A DNA stretch of 64,000 bases. It comes from Octopus sinensis (taxonomy: Eukaryota). Shown piece by piece: positions 1 through 10,945 of this stretch (position 1 is its first letter; the number at the start of each line of letters is the position of its first letter). The position numbers and the translations under genes are program-made. Where the stretch lies: contig NC_043005.1 in the NCBI RefSeq assembly GCF_006345805.1, positions 95,542,001 through 95,606,000 on the forward strand, read 5' to 3'. The notes beneath the pieces were generated by a model that was not told where the DNA came from, made no database searches, and worked only from the letters and a program-made list of their open reading frames with translations.

Positions 1-744
1 ACTCGGAATGTAAACGGCCTGGTAACATACTGCATGAATAGAGCCGAGGTAACATTACAAAATAAAAATTTTTTTTAATTCTCAGAGAAACTTGTTAATT
101 ATAATCAGCGTTATTACTTCTCCCTCCATTTCCATATACAATTATCACTACAAAATCTTGCCGACTAATTTGGTTGGTGAGCTCAAAATACATCCATTCC
201 TTTCAGCACATAGCTTTAAAGACATCTGTAAAAATTTCAGAATTTCAATTGGATCACATTATCCAAACTATCTCCTTTCTACCTCTTTCTTCACAGTTTC
301 CTCTCAAACGTATTGGATAATACATGGAGTTCTATATATTCATCGTGCACTGTACATTTTGAAACGCAATGTATGCATGTCTATATGTTCATACTTAGAG
401 CTATCAGTCCGTGAATAAATGGGTTACGAATATGGATAAATAAGAATTTGTAATAGCCGGTTCATTGCTTAAGTCTTAATTGAAGTAATAAAACCTTTTA
501 GTTGTTGTGGAAGAAGTCAAGATTAGGTTGCAGGATTGTTTCTCACATTTCTATATAGGTTTTGTTTTTTTCGTTTTATCCTTTGTGTCGTATGTGTTAC
601 ACTAATGACGTATAATGTGGGTCAGTTGTGTAAAGAATAGATCGTAGGTAGGTCAGATGTGTTGTATATACTCCACCCAAATATATTCATTACTGTTAAC
701 AAACGAAGTCAATCGATGTACCTCTACATGCGGCGTTCTAACAT

Positions 745-954
745 TACCCATTCAGTATTTAAACTGGCCATATCTGGCCCAAATACTCTACTTGCTTTAT
801 GTTCAAACTGGCCATATCTCTAACTTCTCACATCTACCCTATTATATCATTCTAAAAATAAACAATCACATCATCGAAATCTCAAAGCTACGAGATAATG
901 CATGATTAATTCAAAACAATGGGAATAATTAAGTATTACATTTGACAGGGTTAA
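745..954. mobile_element. piggyBac-type (TTAA) MITE, degenerate copy
   Basis: Body (aaactggccatatctggccc...tctaaaaataaacaatcacatcatcgaaatctcaaagctacgagataatgcatg) matches the copies at 47536-47755 and 56098-56805. Right end is ...caggg|TTAA; left end is eroded. Confidence 0.6.
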
Positions 955-2129
955 ATAAAAGTGACTGAAGTTTTCATGTATATTACATTGCGAAAGGCTT
1001 AATAAAAGTGACCGAAGGAAATTACCCAGAGACCCCTGCTGCTCGAGAATTTAGCCGTAAAACGAGATGCTATTTAATGCCACTCCAATTGAGGCCAGCT
1101 TATGCCGTCGCAAGAAGCATTGATATCAGAGCTTCTTGAACTTTTCTTGGTGGCGATACACTTTAAAAATAGAATTTTTCGTGACACGTTTTGTTAAGAA
1201 CTCGAAATAGATAACTATCAATCACATCACCAGTCACGTGTCTATTTGTTGGATCACAAATATATTTTCACAACCAACATATAAATACGTATAAGTGTGT
1301 GTGTGTGTGTTTTTTTTGTTTTTTTTCTTGCAGATTTATTGAAATTCATTTTTCCTTATAGAATTCGGTACTTTTTGGTTATCTCACCCCCATTAAAAAA
1401 TTGCCATTAAAAAACTGGGTTATCTCCCCACTAAAAAACTGAGTTTATGTGGCGACAAGAGATTGGATTAAAAGAATTAGATCCTTTTGATTCACTACTT
1501 CAGCACATTGTTGACGTTCAGCTTCCTCAATAGGAATGGAATAGTTTGTTATAAGAATGTTATCAGATTCAGTGAGATGTTTAATGTTTCTGCTTTTCAT
1601 GTTTATTTTTTTTTTTTTTTTTTTTTTGGTTTTATTGAGGGTTAAACAATTTTTTAGTTAGGGGAGAATTAGTAAAATTTGAATGTCCAAGAATTAGTAA
1701 AATTTGAATCAGCAGTGGAAGGAATTACGCGTTTTATAGCTGTTTTTATTTTTATTTTAAAGCATAAACTTATAGAATTCATAATGTTCATAGTTTGGGG
1801 TTGTTTAAAGTGTAACAGTCGAGCTCGATTCATTACATTAAATATTTCAATTATATCTTCGATTTCGATCCATACTTATGCTTATTGGAAGCGTAACACT
1901 TGAACTTCATTATCCTAAGCATTCCGAATATGTCTTTTGTTTGGTTCCATAATTACGCCTTTTAAAAAGCTAAACACATAAACTAGTTTCGTTATGTTAA
2001 AAGATATCGATTGTCTTCGATTTTATTTCATAGTTAAACATAATTCAGGCGTAACACTCGGACACATAACATGACAAGCGGAATCTAGATGAGTGTTAAG
2101 TCTTGTAATATAGTTTTTCTTTCTGGATG

Positions 2130-2136
2130 CTCTCTG

Positions 2137-2220
<84 letters not shown>
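2130..2220. repeat. (CT)n-(CA)n compound microsatellite
   Basis: Directly visible. Confidence 0.95.
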
Positions 2221-2224
<4 letters not shown>

Positions 2225-2697
2225 CTCTTGCCAATAAAATAAGCGTCAATGATATATTATATACTCCAATATTTTGGGTGTAGTCAATCAACCGTAGCCA
2301 TTTCTTATAAATTTATTGTCTTGCGGCAATGCAAAAAGATCGATATTAATAATTGACCATGCAGGATTATTGTTTTCGTAGCTAGAAAAAAAAAAATAAA
2401 GACGAATAACGTTAGATTTTCGCAAAAACAAAGCAAGGCTTAGAATGAGCAACGAAACTTATTCTTCTGGGAATTGGTTTGTGCTATGCTATGTGTTGTT
2501 TGCAGGCAACATTGAATGGCAGTTCGTTGTTTGTTTATCTGTTTGTTTGTTTGTTTGTTGTTGTTGTTGTTGTTATACACTATTAATATCGGCTGGCCGT
2601 TGAATATTAATTGTGCGATATGTTTTATATGCAACGGTCTGATAACACTGCAGCTGATCGAGTATTATTAGTGATAGGTCTACGGTTATGTCTGTTA

Positions 2698-3132
2698 CTG
2701 GCAGAAGCGTTAGCACGCCGGGCGAAATGTTTAGTGGTATTTCGTCTGCCGTTACGTTCTGAGTTCAAATTCCGCCGAGGTCGACTTTGCCTTTCATCCT
2801 TTCGGGGTCGATAAATTAAGAACCAGTTGAATACTGGGGTCAATATAATCGACTTAATGCTCTCCCAAATTTCGGGCCTTGTACCGATAATAAAAAGGGT
2901 TATTGTTATTATTATTAAGGTGGTGAGCTGGCAGAATCGTTAGCACGCTGGGCAAAATGCCTAGCGGCATTTCGTCCGTCCTTACTTTCTGAGTTCAAAT
3001 TCCGCTGAGGTCGACTTTGTCTTTTATCCATGCGGAGTTGATGAAATAAGTACCAGTTGCGCACTGGGGTCGATGTAATCAACTAGCCCCCCCCCCCGAT
3101 TTCAGGCCTTCTACCTATTGTAGAAAGGGTTA
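2698..3132 (+). mobile_element. Two tandem tRNA-derived SINEs (family A head, TAT-type tail)
   Basis: Two copies (~2698-2900 and ~2917-3132), each with an A-box-like tggcagaa..gttagc and a B-box-like gagttcaaattcc, then gtcgactttgcctttcatcctttcggggtcga. Confidence 0.85.
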
Positions 3133-3667
3133 CTATTATTATCATTGCCAGAAAATACGTGTGTGAATGTGTAAGCGTGTGTGTGTGGTTGTGTTGCTCT
3201 TTTAGTGTTTGTCACATACTCTCATGTTTCTACTCTCATTCTGTCGGATACTCTGTTCACGATACACTGTTAACATTCTTTCCATCCTTTTCTTCTTCTT
3301 CTTCTTCTTCTTCTTCTTCTTCTTCTTCTTCTTCGCCGCCTTCTCTTTTATTTCTTATTGTTTCCCCCTAATTACTTTTCTATATTATCATCTTCATCGT
3401 TAACACCATTATCACAAGTACTACCTTCGTCATCATCAACCACTATCATTGTCGTTGTCGTCGTCGTCATCATCATCAAAATAGCAACAAGACGACAGCA
3501 ATTAGACCAAGATATCGATATGCACATGTGCTATATATCAATCCCCAAACGAGCTGACGAGGGTAAGTACCTGTCCGTAGTCTGTTTGACCTACAAGAAA
3601 TAGCAGCCAAAGCTCAAATCAAATTAAATAACCGACAAAGATACAGGGGAAAATGACACATTGGTGT

Positions 3668-3726
<59 letters not shown>

Positions 3727-4843
3727 TTTGCACTGCATTCGTTTCGACCCTTGGTTGTCCTCTAAGAAGATTCAACATGATCAAAATATGCCCGTTGTTT
3801 TCACTAGTGTTGATTTTAAACACCAGATTTTCTCTAATCTTTAATGTCTCTCTTTAGTTGCTGTTTCCAAATTAGAAAAAAAACAACCCGCAGAGGAAGT
3901 TTTTGTCTCCCTATTGCAAGAATAGTCTCAATTAATTCAAGCTTTCCAACTGAGTATATTACAGCTGTGCAACCCTGCCGTCATTTGTATTTAGAATAGG
4001 TTGGACGTTTGCCTGGGATAATTTCTTTTAGCCATATTGTTGACTTATACAATGTTGTCACTACCGGGGTTTGTAAATAATTGATTGGAACCTCTCCAAT
4101 CAATTATTTTCCTCGAAATCAATTTATTTTAATTGTGGTACAGGCCAATTAATCATTGCAATTAATTGTAATTAATTATCAACTAGTTTGCCGAATGTAA
4201 AAACACCATATATTTTGGAGTGTTAGCTTTGTTTTAGATAAGAGCCAAAATGATAGGAAAATAAAGGAGACGACTTATAGTTTAAAAAAAAACTTTATTA
4301 TCAGATAATGTTCAAAGTTCGATTTTATTGATTTAGAATAGGTATCAAACAACACGTATACGCTAAATTGAAGGTCTTTAATTGAAAGAGTTTCTCAAAC
4401 GAGTAACAATTAAAATGTTCTTAAAATCTTCAATTCATACATGATCTGAGAGATTGGTGTTTGTAACAAGTCGCATTACATGATTCCGAAAGACTTCCAG
4501 TTACTGTAGTGCAACAGAAGTCCAGCTGACACATTCTAGCCCACACAAACATAGGTATTGCAGAAGCTCGATTTCATGTGCATAAATGATACAATTTGAT
4601 AGATACTGTACACTGCAAGGTACAAGTCTGTGCAATTATGGTACTAGTAAACTAGTCTGGCGACCACGGGGATTTCGTGGCCCTGCTCGTAAACTAGTGT
4701 GTATTATAAGAGGCTGAGGACCATCAATGTCCTGAAAATTAGCGTTATACCTGTAAAGGATTTGTCATATTAACACAGAGACAGGATGTCCTGCTTGCAA
4801 TCTTCGTAGTAGTTGTTGTTATTGATGTGGTAATGGTAGTAGT

Positions 4844-5062
4844 AGGCGACGAGCTAGCAGAAACGTTAACTCGCCGGGCGAAATGCTTGGCGGTATTTCG
4901 TCTGCCGCTACGTTCTGAGTTCAAATTCCGCCGAGGTTGACTTTGCCTTTCATCCTTTCGGGGTCGATTAAATAAGTAGCAGTTACGCATTGGGGTCGAT
5001 GTAATCGACATAATCCGTTTGTCCCCTCTGTGTTTAGCCCTTTGTGGGTAGTAAAGACATAG
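4844..5062 (+). mobile_element. tRNA-derived SINE, family A
   Basis: Full head, body and ...gtcccctctgtgtttagccctttgtgggtagtaaaga tail, matching 7287-7499 and 32860-33081. Confidence 0.9.
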
Positions 5063-5644
5063 GTAATGGTAGTAGTAGTAGCTGTGAATGTAGCGAGGGT
5101 GGTGGTGGCAGTGTTGGTGCTGGTGAAGAAGTGATGTGCTGTGAAAATATTCGTTCCGCCAGTGATGTCACTCAATTGAATAATAATGTTATATACACCC
5201 TGTTGAGCAAACGTGCAGAGGGCGTCTGCAGGCAAATAGAAACAATGAACATGTACGCATGCTGTGTGAATAATTACCTTACTTATAATATAAAATAGTG
5301 TGAGTGTGTGCGTGTGTATGTGTGTGTATTCATACAAAAGACACACACACACACACGCATTCATGTATTTATGCATATATTCATAATATACATACAAAAA
5401 TGCAAAGAATTATGCGTGGAAATTTGTGTGCCTGCACACTTGTTATTATTGCGCGTGTGGGTTTCTGTATGGGTATATGTATGTGTGTGTGTACATCTTC
5501 ATATATGTAGAGAGAGGGAGGGAGGGGAGCATGCCAATAACAAGAGGAAAACAAAATACAAAAAAGGACAGCAAAAATCCAAGGGACCTTCACAGTTAAT
5601 ATGATTAGCTTGGCGCTCAAGGAAGAAATATCTACACCTATATC

Positions 5645-5782
<138 letters not shown>

Positions 5783-6282
5783 GATGTCTACAATTTCGGT
5801 GTTCTTTCATGGGGGGAAATACTCTTATATCGCCACCGTGGAACTTATAGAGATAAATTCAATGGAATCACATTCTCGATACCGAGAGATGCCAGTAATG
5901 ATTATGCCGGCTTGAAGACAAAAACGCAGACCCGCACACATACACAGAGACATGATTATGCGTGTGTGTGTATGTGTGCGTGAGTGTGTGGTGTGATGCT
6001 AGTGTGTATGTGTGTTTTATGTGGTGTGCGTGTGTGGAGGCGCGTGATTTACTGGTTAAGGTGTTGCACCTACTATCACAACATCGAGGTTTCGACTCTC
6101 AGAACGGTGATGCGTTCTTCTTGAGCAAAACACTTCATTTCACGTTGTTCCAGTCTACTCAGCTAGCGAAAGGAGTAATCTTATGATGCATCAGCCTCCC
6201 ATCCAGGATGAGGGGATAAATATATACGGCACAGAATCCGGAAAACCGGCCTTATGACTCAGGGAGAATTTTTATATATAAA

Positions 6283-6319
<37 letters not shown>

Positions 6320-6328
6320 TATAAAATG

Positions 6329-6626
6329 TGGAGGCGCAATGGCCCAGCGGGCTCGCGGTCGGAAGATCGTGGTTTCGATTCCCAGACCGTGCATTGCATG
6401 TGTTTATTGAGCGAAAACACCTAAAGCTCCACGAGGCTCCAGCATGGACAGACAAAGGGATTAAGTCGATTACATCGACCCCAGTGCGTAACTTGGTACT
6501 TAATTTATCGACCCCGAAAGGATGAAAGGCAAAGTCGACCTCGGCGGAATTTGAACTCAGAACGTAACGGCAGACGAAATACGGCTACGCATTTCGCCCG
6601 GCGTGCTAACGTTTCTGCCAGTTCGC
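6329..6626. mobile_element. Family C SINE head (+) fused tail-to-tail with a 3'-truncated family A SINE (-)
   Basis: ggaggcgcaatggcccag...ctaaagctccacgaggctcc up to ~6445, then the reverse complement of family A from 6446 to ~6626. Confidence 0.75.
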
Positions 6627-6795
6627 TATCTGAGTAGCACGTTAATAGTACAGTTATGTATGTGGAATATTCGGCCAGTTTACACGCTAATTCAGTTGAT
6701 CAAACAACTGGATCCTCATCGTCGAAAACGACGAAGACCCATTTGCTTTTCCTTTTACTGTGCAAGAGATGAGATATATGTGTGTATTAGAAAAA

Positions 6796-6991
6796 CGAAA
6801 ATTGTGTGCGTACGCGCGCGTTCGAATGTGAATAAATCTATTCGCGCGCCAGCGAGCGAGATCACGTGTGTGGCTTTGAAAAATCATTTTATTGAACAAA
6901 CCAAACCAGCTTTTTTTTTCTATTTCTGTCGATACAAATCGGAAACAGAAAAGTTTAGCAAAAATTCTCAGACTATCAGATTTCAGTAAGG
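6796..6991 (+). promoter_or_regulatory. CpG-dense candidate promoter / non-coding first exon
   Basis: Unique sequence with tacgcgcgcgttcg (6811-6824), E2F-like ttcgcgcgcc (6841-6850), E-box CACGTG (6863-6868), CHR-like TTTGAA (6875-6880) and a possible donor CA|GTAAGG at 6986. Motif evidence only. Confidence 0.3.
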
Positions 6992-7286
6992 TTTTTGTCC
7001 CAGACATCTGAGACTGCGACTTGTGAAACATTCTTATTTTAATTGAACATTTAAACATGTGACATTCTCTGCGGAATTTATAATTAAAAGAATTGTATTG
7101 ATTTCTTACACAAATAAATGTGTGGTGGCAGAAAACGTGCATTTTCATACAATAGCTTGAAAGCACGAGCAACAATCCAGCGAGAGAGGCCTCTAAAATG
7201 GGATCGTTCAATTTGCTAGAAATAGCAACAAAATAGCGGCATATTGGCTAATGTACCTTCGACACTATTATTATTGAGCCCGCGCA

Positions 7287-7499
7287 AGGCGGCGAGGTGG
7301 CAGAAACGTTAGCACGCTGGGCGAAATGCGTAACCGTATTTCGTCTGCCGTTACGTTATGAGTTCAAATTCCGCCGAGGTCGACTTTGCCTTTCATCCTT
7401 TCGGGGTCGATAAATTAAGTACCAGTTACGCACTGGAGTCGATATCTGTCCTTGTTTGTTCCCTCTGTGTTTAGTCCCTTGTGGGTAATAAAGAAATAA
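7287..7499 (+). mobile_element. tRNA-derived SINE, family A, with 16-bp TSD
   Basis: Flanked by ttattgagcccgcgca at 7271-7286 and 7500-7515. Confidence 0.95.
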
Positions 7500-7654
7500 T
7501 TATTGAGCCCGCGCACCCACACAGCAAAATATTTGAAATCTAAATAAAAACAAGTTGGTGATTGTACAAATGAGACATCCTTTTTACGCGTTCGACAACG
7601 TTGGAAATAACAGCCAAATCATTTTCATATCACACGTTACCGTCTATAAAAAGA

Positions 7655-8044
7655 CTAGCAGTATCGCCCGGCGTTGCTCGGGTTTGTTCTAATCTTTAGA
7701 ATTGGAATTTTTTAAAAGTAAAAATTTTGCATTATGTAGCTTGTTATTCTCTTTAAGGGAACATTTTTCTGATTGAAATACACCGAAAAATGGCGACACA
7801 GCAGTCAAAAAATCGTAAAAAGTAGGGATTTTCATAGAAAAAAGCACCTCTTTGATGTAAATAATTTTTGGTGTTAACATGGTCCGATTTGAATTTTATA
7901 TTCTACGGAAGGAAGAGCAAGCCTTCTTCTATCATACTCTCAATTTTGGTCAACTTGCGCCGCAGGGTCTCGGAGGAGATAGTGTTAGTTGAAGGCTACC
8001 AAACTTGCCACACACAGACAACTTCAGCTTTATAGAGAGAGAGA
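7655..8044 (-). mobile_element. Non-autonomous Helitron-type element, copy 1
   Basis: On the minus strand it begins TC and ends with the GC-rich hairpin-like cgagcaacgccgggcgatactg plus CTAG. Inserted between A and T with no TSD; three more copies occur in the window. Confidence 0.85.
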
Positions 8045-8853
8045 TAACGTCATATTGACAAATGTAGGTCCTCGATACACTCTGAGTCCACACACACTCA
8101 CAAATAAAAGCGGAAAGAAAACTTTACGAGAGAAGGTGCGGGGGGTAGACTAGGAAAACGTTGTATGGTTAAAAGTGTTTAACAGGAAAAATATCATTTG
8201 TCGGGATCATGTTTCACTGTTGAAGGTCACAAATTTTCAAATCTAATTTAAAATAAAGAAAGCAGGGGAAATATGATTTAGTTTATTTGAAACGTATGAG
8301 AAATTTAAATTACAAGGAAATCATATGATCAACCATCAAACTACTCGATCGGAAGCTCTGTATCTCCTTCTGCAGATGGATTGAAACGGTAAGCACTGAT
8401 TACCAAGCTCTGCAATTATGAATGAATGAATGCATCCTCGAATATCTGTACACAGGCGTGTAATATAATACACACACATACAGTTAGATATATGCATCAG
8501 AGGCATGCATACAAATTTACGCACTTTCTATTTTTATGTACAATGTGTATTAAATTAAATGTGATTACTAAAATTTTCAAACTTAAAAGCTATTAACTGT
8601 TTATTAATTTATGGCGAAAATAAATTTCATTTCAATAATTAGCATATAGAACTACATCAATACACCAAATTTGAAGTCAGTTGGAACAAAATTGAAGAAA
8701 TTGAAAACAGAAAAGATCCCATTATGTTTATCGGAATATTAGATTAGTAAAATGTAATAACCATTTCTTACATAGATACAATGTCACATATTTATTGGCA
8801 CATGGTTACATTTGAGGTCCCGTTGGTTAGAGTGAATCAGAGTACACTCCTAC

Positions 8854-8897
<44 letters not shown>

Positions 8898-9057
8898 TAC
8901 TCTAGCCTAATTCTGTTGACTTCGCTCTCCGATTCACTCATCAAAGACTTCACCGAAATCCAAATGAATTAGCGTTTAACTTATTAGATTCGTTGTCTTC
9001 GAAGCAAACGACGTCTGCATTTATAAAACATACATATTATTTGTTATATTAAATGCC

Positions 9058-9247
9058 TATTTCTTTACTACCCACAAGGGGCTAAACATAGAGGGGACAG
9101 ACAAAGGGATTAAGTCGATTATATCGACCCCGAAAGGATGAAAGGCAAAGTCGACCTCGGCGGAATTTGAACTCAGAACGTAACGGCAGACGAGATACGG
9201 CTACGCATTTCGCCCGGCGTGCTAACGTTTCTGCCACCTCGCCGCCT
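9058..9247 (-). mobile_element. tRNA-derived SINE, family A, with 18-bp TSD and internal deletion
   Basis: Flanked by tttgttatattaaatgcc at 9040-9057 and 9248-9265. Lacks the segment between the two atcgacccc direct repeats present in other copies. Confidence 0.9.
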
Positions 9248-9493
9248 TTTGTTATATTAAATGCCATTAAGGCAGCAATTGGGCAGAATGCTTAGCTGCA
9301 TTTCGTCCGTATTTATATTCTGAGTTCTAATTCAAACGAGGTCGATTTTGCCTTTCATTCTTTCAAGGTCGATTAAATAAATACCAGTTACGCACTGGAG
9401 TAGATATAATCGACTTACCCCTCCCACCAAATTGTTGGCCCTTGTTCCAAGATTTGAAATCAGTATTATATGTGTGCGATATATGTGTCTATA

Positions 9494-10352
9494 TACAGTA
9501 ATCACTCGCCATATCGCGCCCTCATCGCGGATTTTTCTGGCTAATATATGTAAATTTATATCACGGGTTTCTGCGGCCGATAGGTATTTATATTTTTTTA
9601 GATTTTCATTATTTCTGTGGTAAAATAAACATTTTCACCCCTAAAAATTAATAAATATAAATACAGTACAGTTCCACACTGTTTAACACATTAATTAAAA
9701 TATATTAAAAGAAAATACGTAGGGTGCCGTAGATGAGTAAACAAAGAATCGCTCACACTGTATGAAAAAAAGAAACTCGGGAGGCGAGTGTGTGGTGTTG
9801 TTTTGCATTTATAATAAAATAAGGCAATCTTTCGTCTCTAGTAGACCTTTCCGTCGATTTCCGTAAAAAAAATTTTTTTTTTACATATGGGCTTGCGGGA
9901 ACTTTTGAAGTAATGAGAGCGAAAGAGACTAAGAGAAAGTGATTGTATGACGAGGGAAGTTCTTTTGAAGTTACCGTGCATGGGAGCATTGATGGACATG
10001 TGTGTGTTTGATGGGGTGTGGGAGACAGACAGTATGTTGTGTAAGTGAAGTGCTTCTGTTAGTGTGTGTGAAGAGACAGAGTAATGTGTGAAAGAAAGAG
10101 ATAACTGAAATTTTTTACTCGGTGTATGTGTATATGTATGTATATTACTTCAAAAGTTCCCGCAAGCCCATATGTAAACAAAAAACAATTTTTACGGAAA
10201 TTGACGGAAAGGTCTACTAAAGACGAAAGATCGCCTAAAATAAATATATACAAATTATGAAAATGATTTTTTTAAATGTACAGTACTGTTTCTACTTCAC
10301 GGATTTTCACCTATCGGGGGCGAGGTTGGAACGTAACACCCGCGATAATCGG
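9494..10352. mobile_element. Tigger/pogo-like MITE remnant
   Basis: TA|CAGTAATCACTCGCCATATCGCG left terminus and a right subterminal ggattttcacctatcg...ggaacgtaacacccgcgata. The right TIR is eroded. Family call is from recalled terminal motifs. Confidence 0.55.
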
Positions 10353-10381
10353 TTATTATTATTATTATATATATATATATA

Positions 10382-10572
10382 GGGAGAGTTTACGAAAAAA
10401 ACAAAAGACGAAGACAGGTGGTGTACAAAACAAACAGATGTATTAGTATAACGCTCAGGAATAGAAAAAGTCTTTTACGTTTCGAGCCTACGCTCTTCTA
10501 CAGAAAGGGACACAGAAAAAAAACAAGGAGAGAAAAAAATTGTGTAAGTGGCTAACGATCTGTCATGGCGAC
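10382..10572 (-). mobile_element. Penelope-like element terminal repeat fragment
   Basis: Homologous to 39085-39295 and 12490-12620; contains a hammerhead motif, a hallmark of PLE terminal repeats. Confidence 0.7.
10471..10507 (-). ncRNA. Minimal type I hammerhead ribozyme motif, CUGUAGA core variant
   Basis: Minus strand reads cttt-CTGTAGA-a-gagc-gtag-gctc-GAAAC-GT-A-aaaga: stem I, core, 4-bp stem II, palindromic ACGU stem III and a GUA cleavage triplet. Confidence 0.65.
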
Positions 10573-10574
10573 TA

Positions 10575-10616
<42 letters not shown>

Positions 10617-10619
10617 ATG

Positions 10620-10945
10620 TGACCGTGTGTGTATCGTTAGCGATTTTTTTTCCTCTGTCTTCCCTTCCTTTGTCTTTCCTTTTCCTATGTTTCTGACGAA
10701 GAGCTCCGCTCGGAACGTTAAATCCTCCTTCTTTCTTTCCTTTCCTGAGCGTCCAATAATACTATACTTGTTCCACGTCCTCGCGTTGTTGTGTTTTCTC
10801 TTTGTGTTTTCATGTTTGGATTCAAGATTAATCAGTCGAAATTGCGAGGATGATCCAGTTCTTGATTGAAGATTAAAGGCTTCGAATGACCCGTTCGTGC
10901 TTTTGTATAGTCTATCTGGATGTTTTGCGTTCTTGTCCCATTTTG
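10620..10945 (+). mobile_element. Penelope-like element terminal repeat fragment, second subfamily
   Basis: Pyrimidine-rich repeat with the same layout as 10382-10572 (hammerhead followed by ...ttcctgagcgtc...), in opposite orientation across a (TA)n tract. Confidence 0.6.
10689..10723 (+). ncRNA. Minimal type I hammerhead ribozyme motif, canonical CUGACGA core, GGAA in place of GAAA
   Basis: gttt-CTGACGA-a-gagc-tcc-gctc-GGAAC-GT-T-aaat. Confidence 0.6.

Noticed and set aside
2698-2780. A-box/B-box segments resembling tRNA genes (here and at other SINE heads)
   Set aside because: No complete cloverleaf; each continues into a SINE body.
6687-7211. 174-aa minus-strand ORF with a signal-peptide-like start (LEASLAGLLLVLSSYC)
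   Set aside because: It starts at TTG, has no recognisable domain and no supporting splice structure.
8376-8388. 13-nt microexon candidate (ctccttctgcag|ATGGATTGAAACG|gtaagc)
   Set aside because: The splice signals are good, but it is frame-shifting, contains ATG-GAT-TGA and cannot be linked to any gene; such matches occur by chance in 64 kb.
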